From: Pseudomonadota bacterium
GTDB lineage: Bacteria > Pseudomonadota > Alphaproteobacteria > Sphingomonadales > Sphingomonadaceae
Assembly: GCA_023436615.1 (NCBI GenBank)
Contig: JAEZIO010000025.1
Location: 19,493-83,492, forward strand
Length of the DNA stretch: 64,000 nucleotides
Reading direction: 5' to 3'
The notes under the pieces are model-generated. The model was not told the origin of the DNA and did no database searches. It worked only from the letters and a program-made list of their open reading frames with translations. The position numbers and the translations under genes are program-made. Shown here piece after piece: positions 63,947-64,000 of this stretch (positions within the stretch are counted from its first letter, which is position 1; each line of letters starts with the position of its first letter).

Positions 63947-64000
63947 TCAGCGGTAGAAGACGTGGTTGCCGATCGAGGCGACGCGCTTGAGCCGCCAGCC
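63947..64000 (-). CDS. C-terminus of a SleB-like cell wall hydrolase (truncated by window edge)
   Basis: ...GWRLKRVASIGNHVFYR* matches the Hydrolase_2 C-terminal IGxHxFY motif. Confidence 0.7.
   Translation of the reverse strand, partial: GWRLKRVASIGNHVFYR

Overview
GC-rich alphaproteobacterial chromosome segment. Gene content and order suggest Sphingomonadaceae (inference). It is mostly core genome: rnd-lptCAB-rpoN, dnaN-recF-gyrB, a DEAD-box helicase, bamE, ssb, the rib operon, gltX-nadE, prs, rpmI-rplT, the glyoxylate shunt with a RamB/ScfR regulator, pheST, ftsEX, tRNA-Leu(GAG), msrB, PBP1A and mmcB. No integrase, transposase, prophage or CRISPR array is visible. The most notable observations are: (1) an HTH-RibB-degenerate GCH-II fusion whose own promoter spacer is filled by a palindrome, suggesting riboswitch-independent autoregulation of riboflavin genes; (2) a 28-bp alternating purine/pyrimidine palindromic tract overlapping the predicted gyrB -35, a candidate Z-DNA/cruciform supercoiling sensor; (3) a DUF4402-pilin/chaperone/usher-like cluster with CtrA-like boxes, a candidate cell-cycle-regulated chaperone-usher pilus; (4) many apparently leaderless promoters and several non-canonical starts; (5) readable EcfG, Fur, Zur, LexA and ScfR-type sites. 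All family assignments come from motif recognition by eye; no database searches were run.
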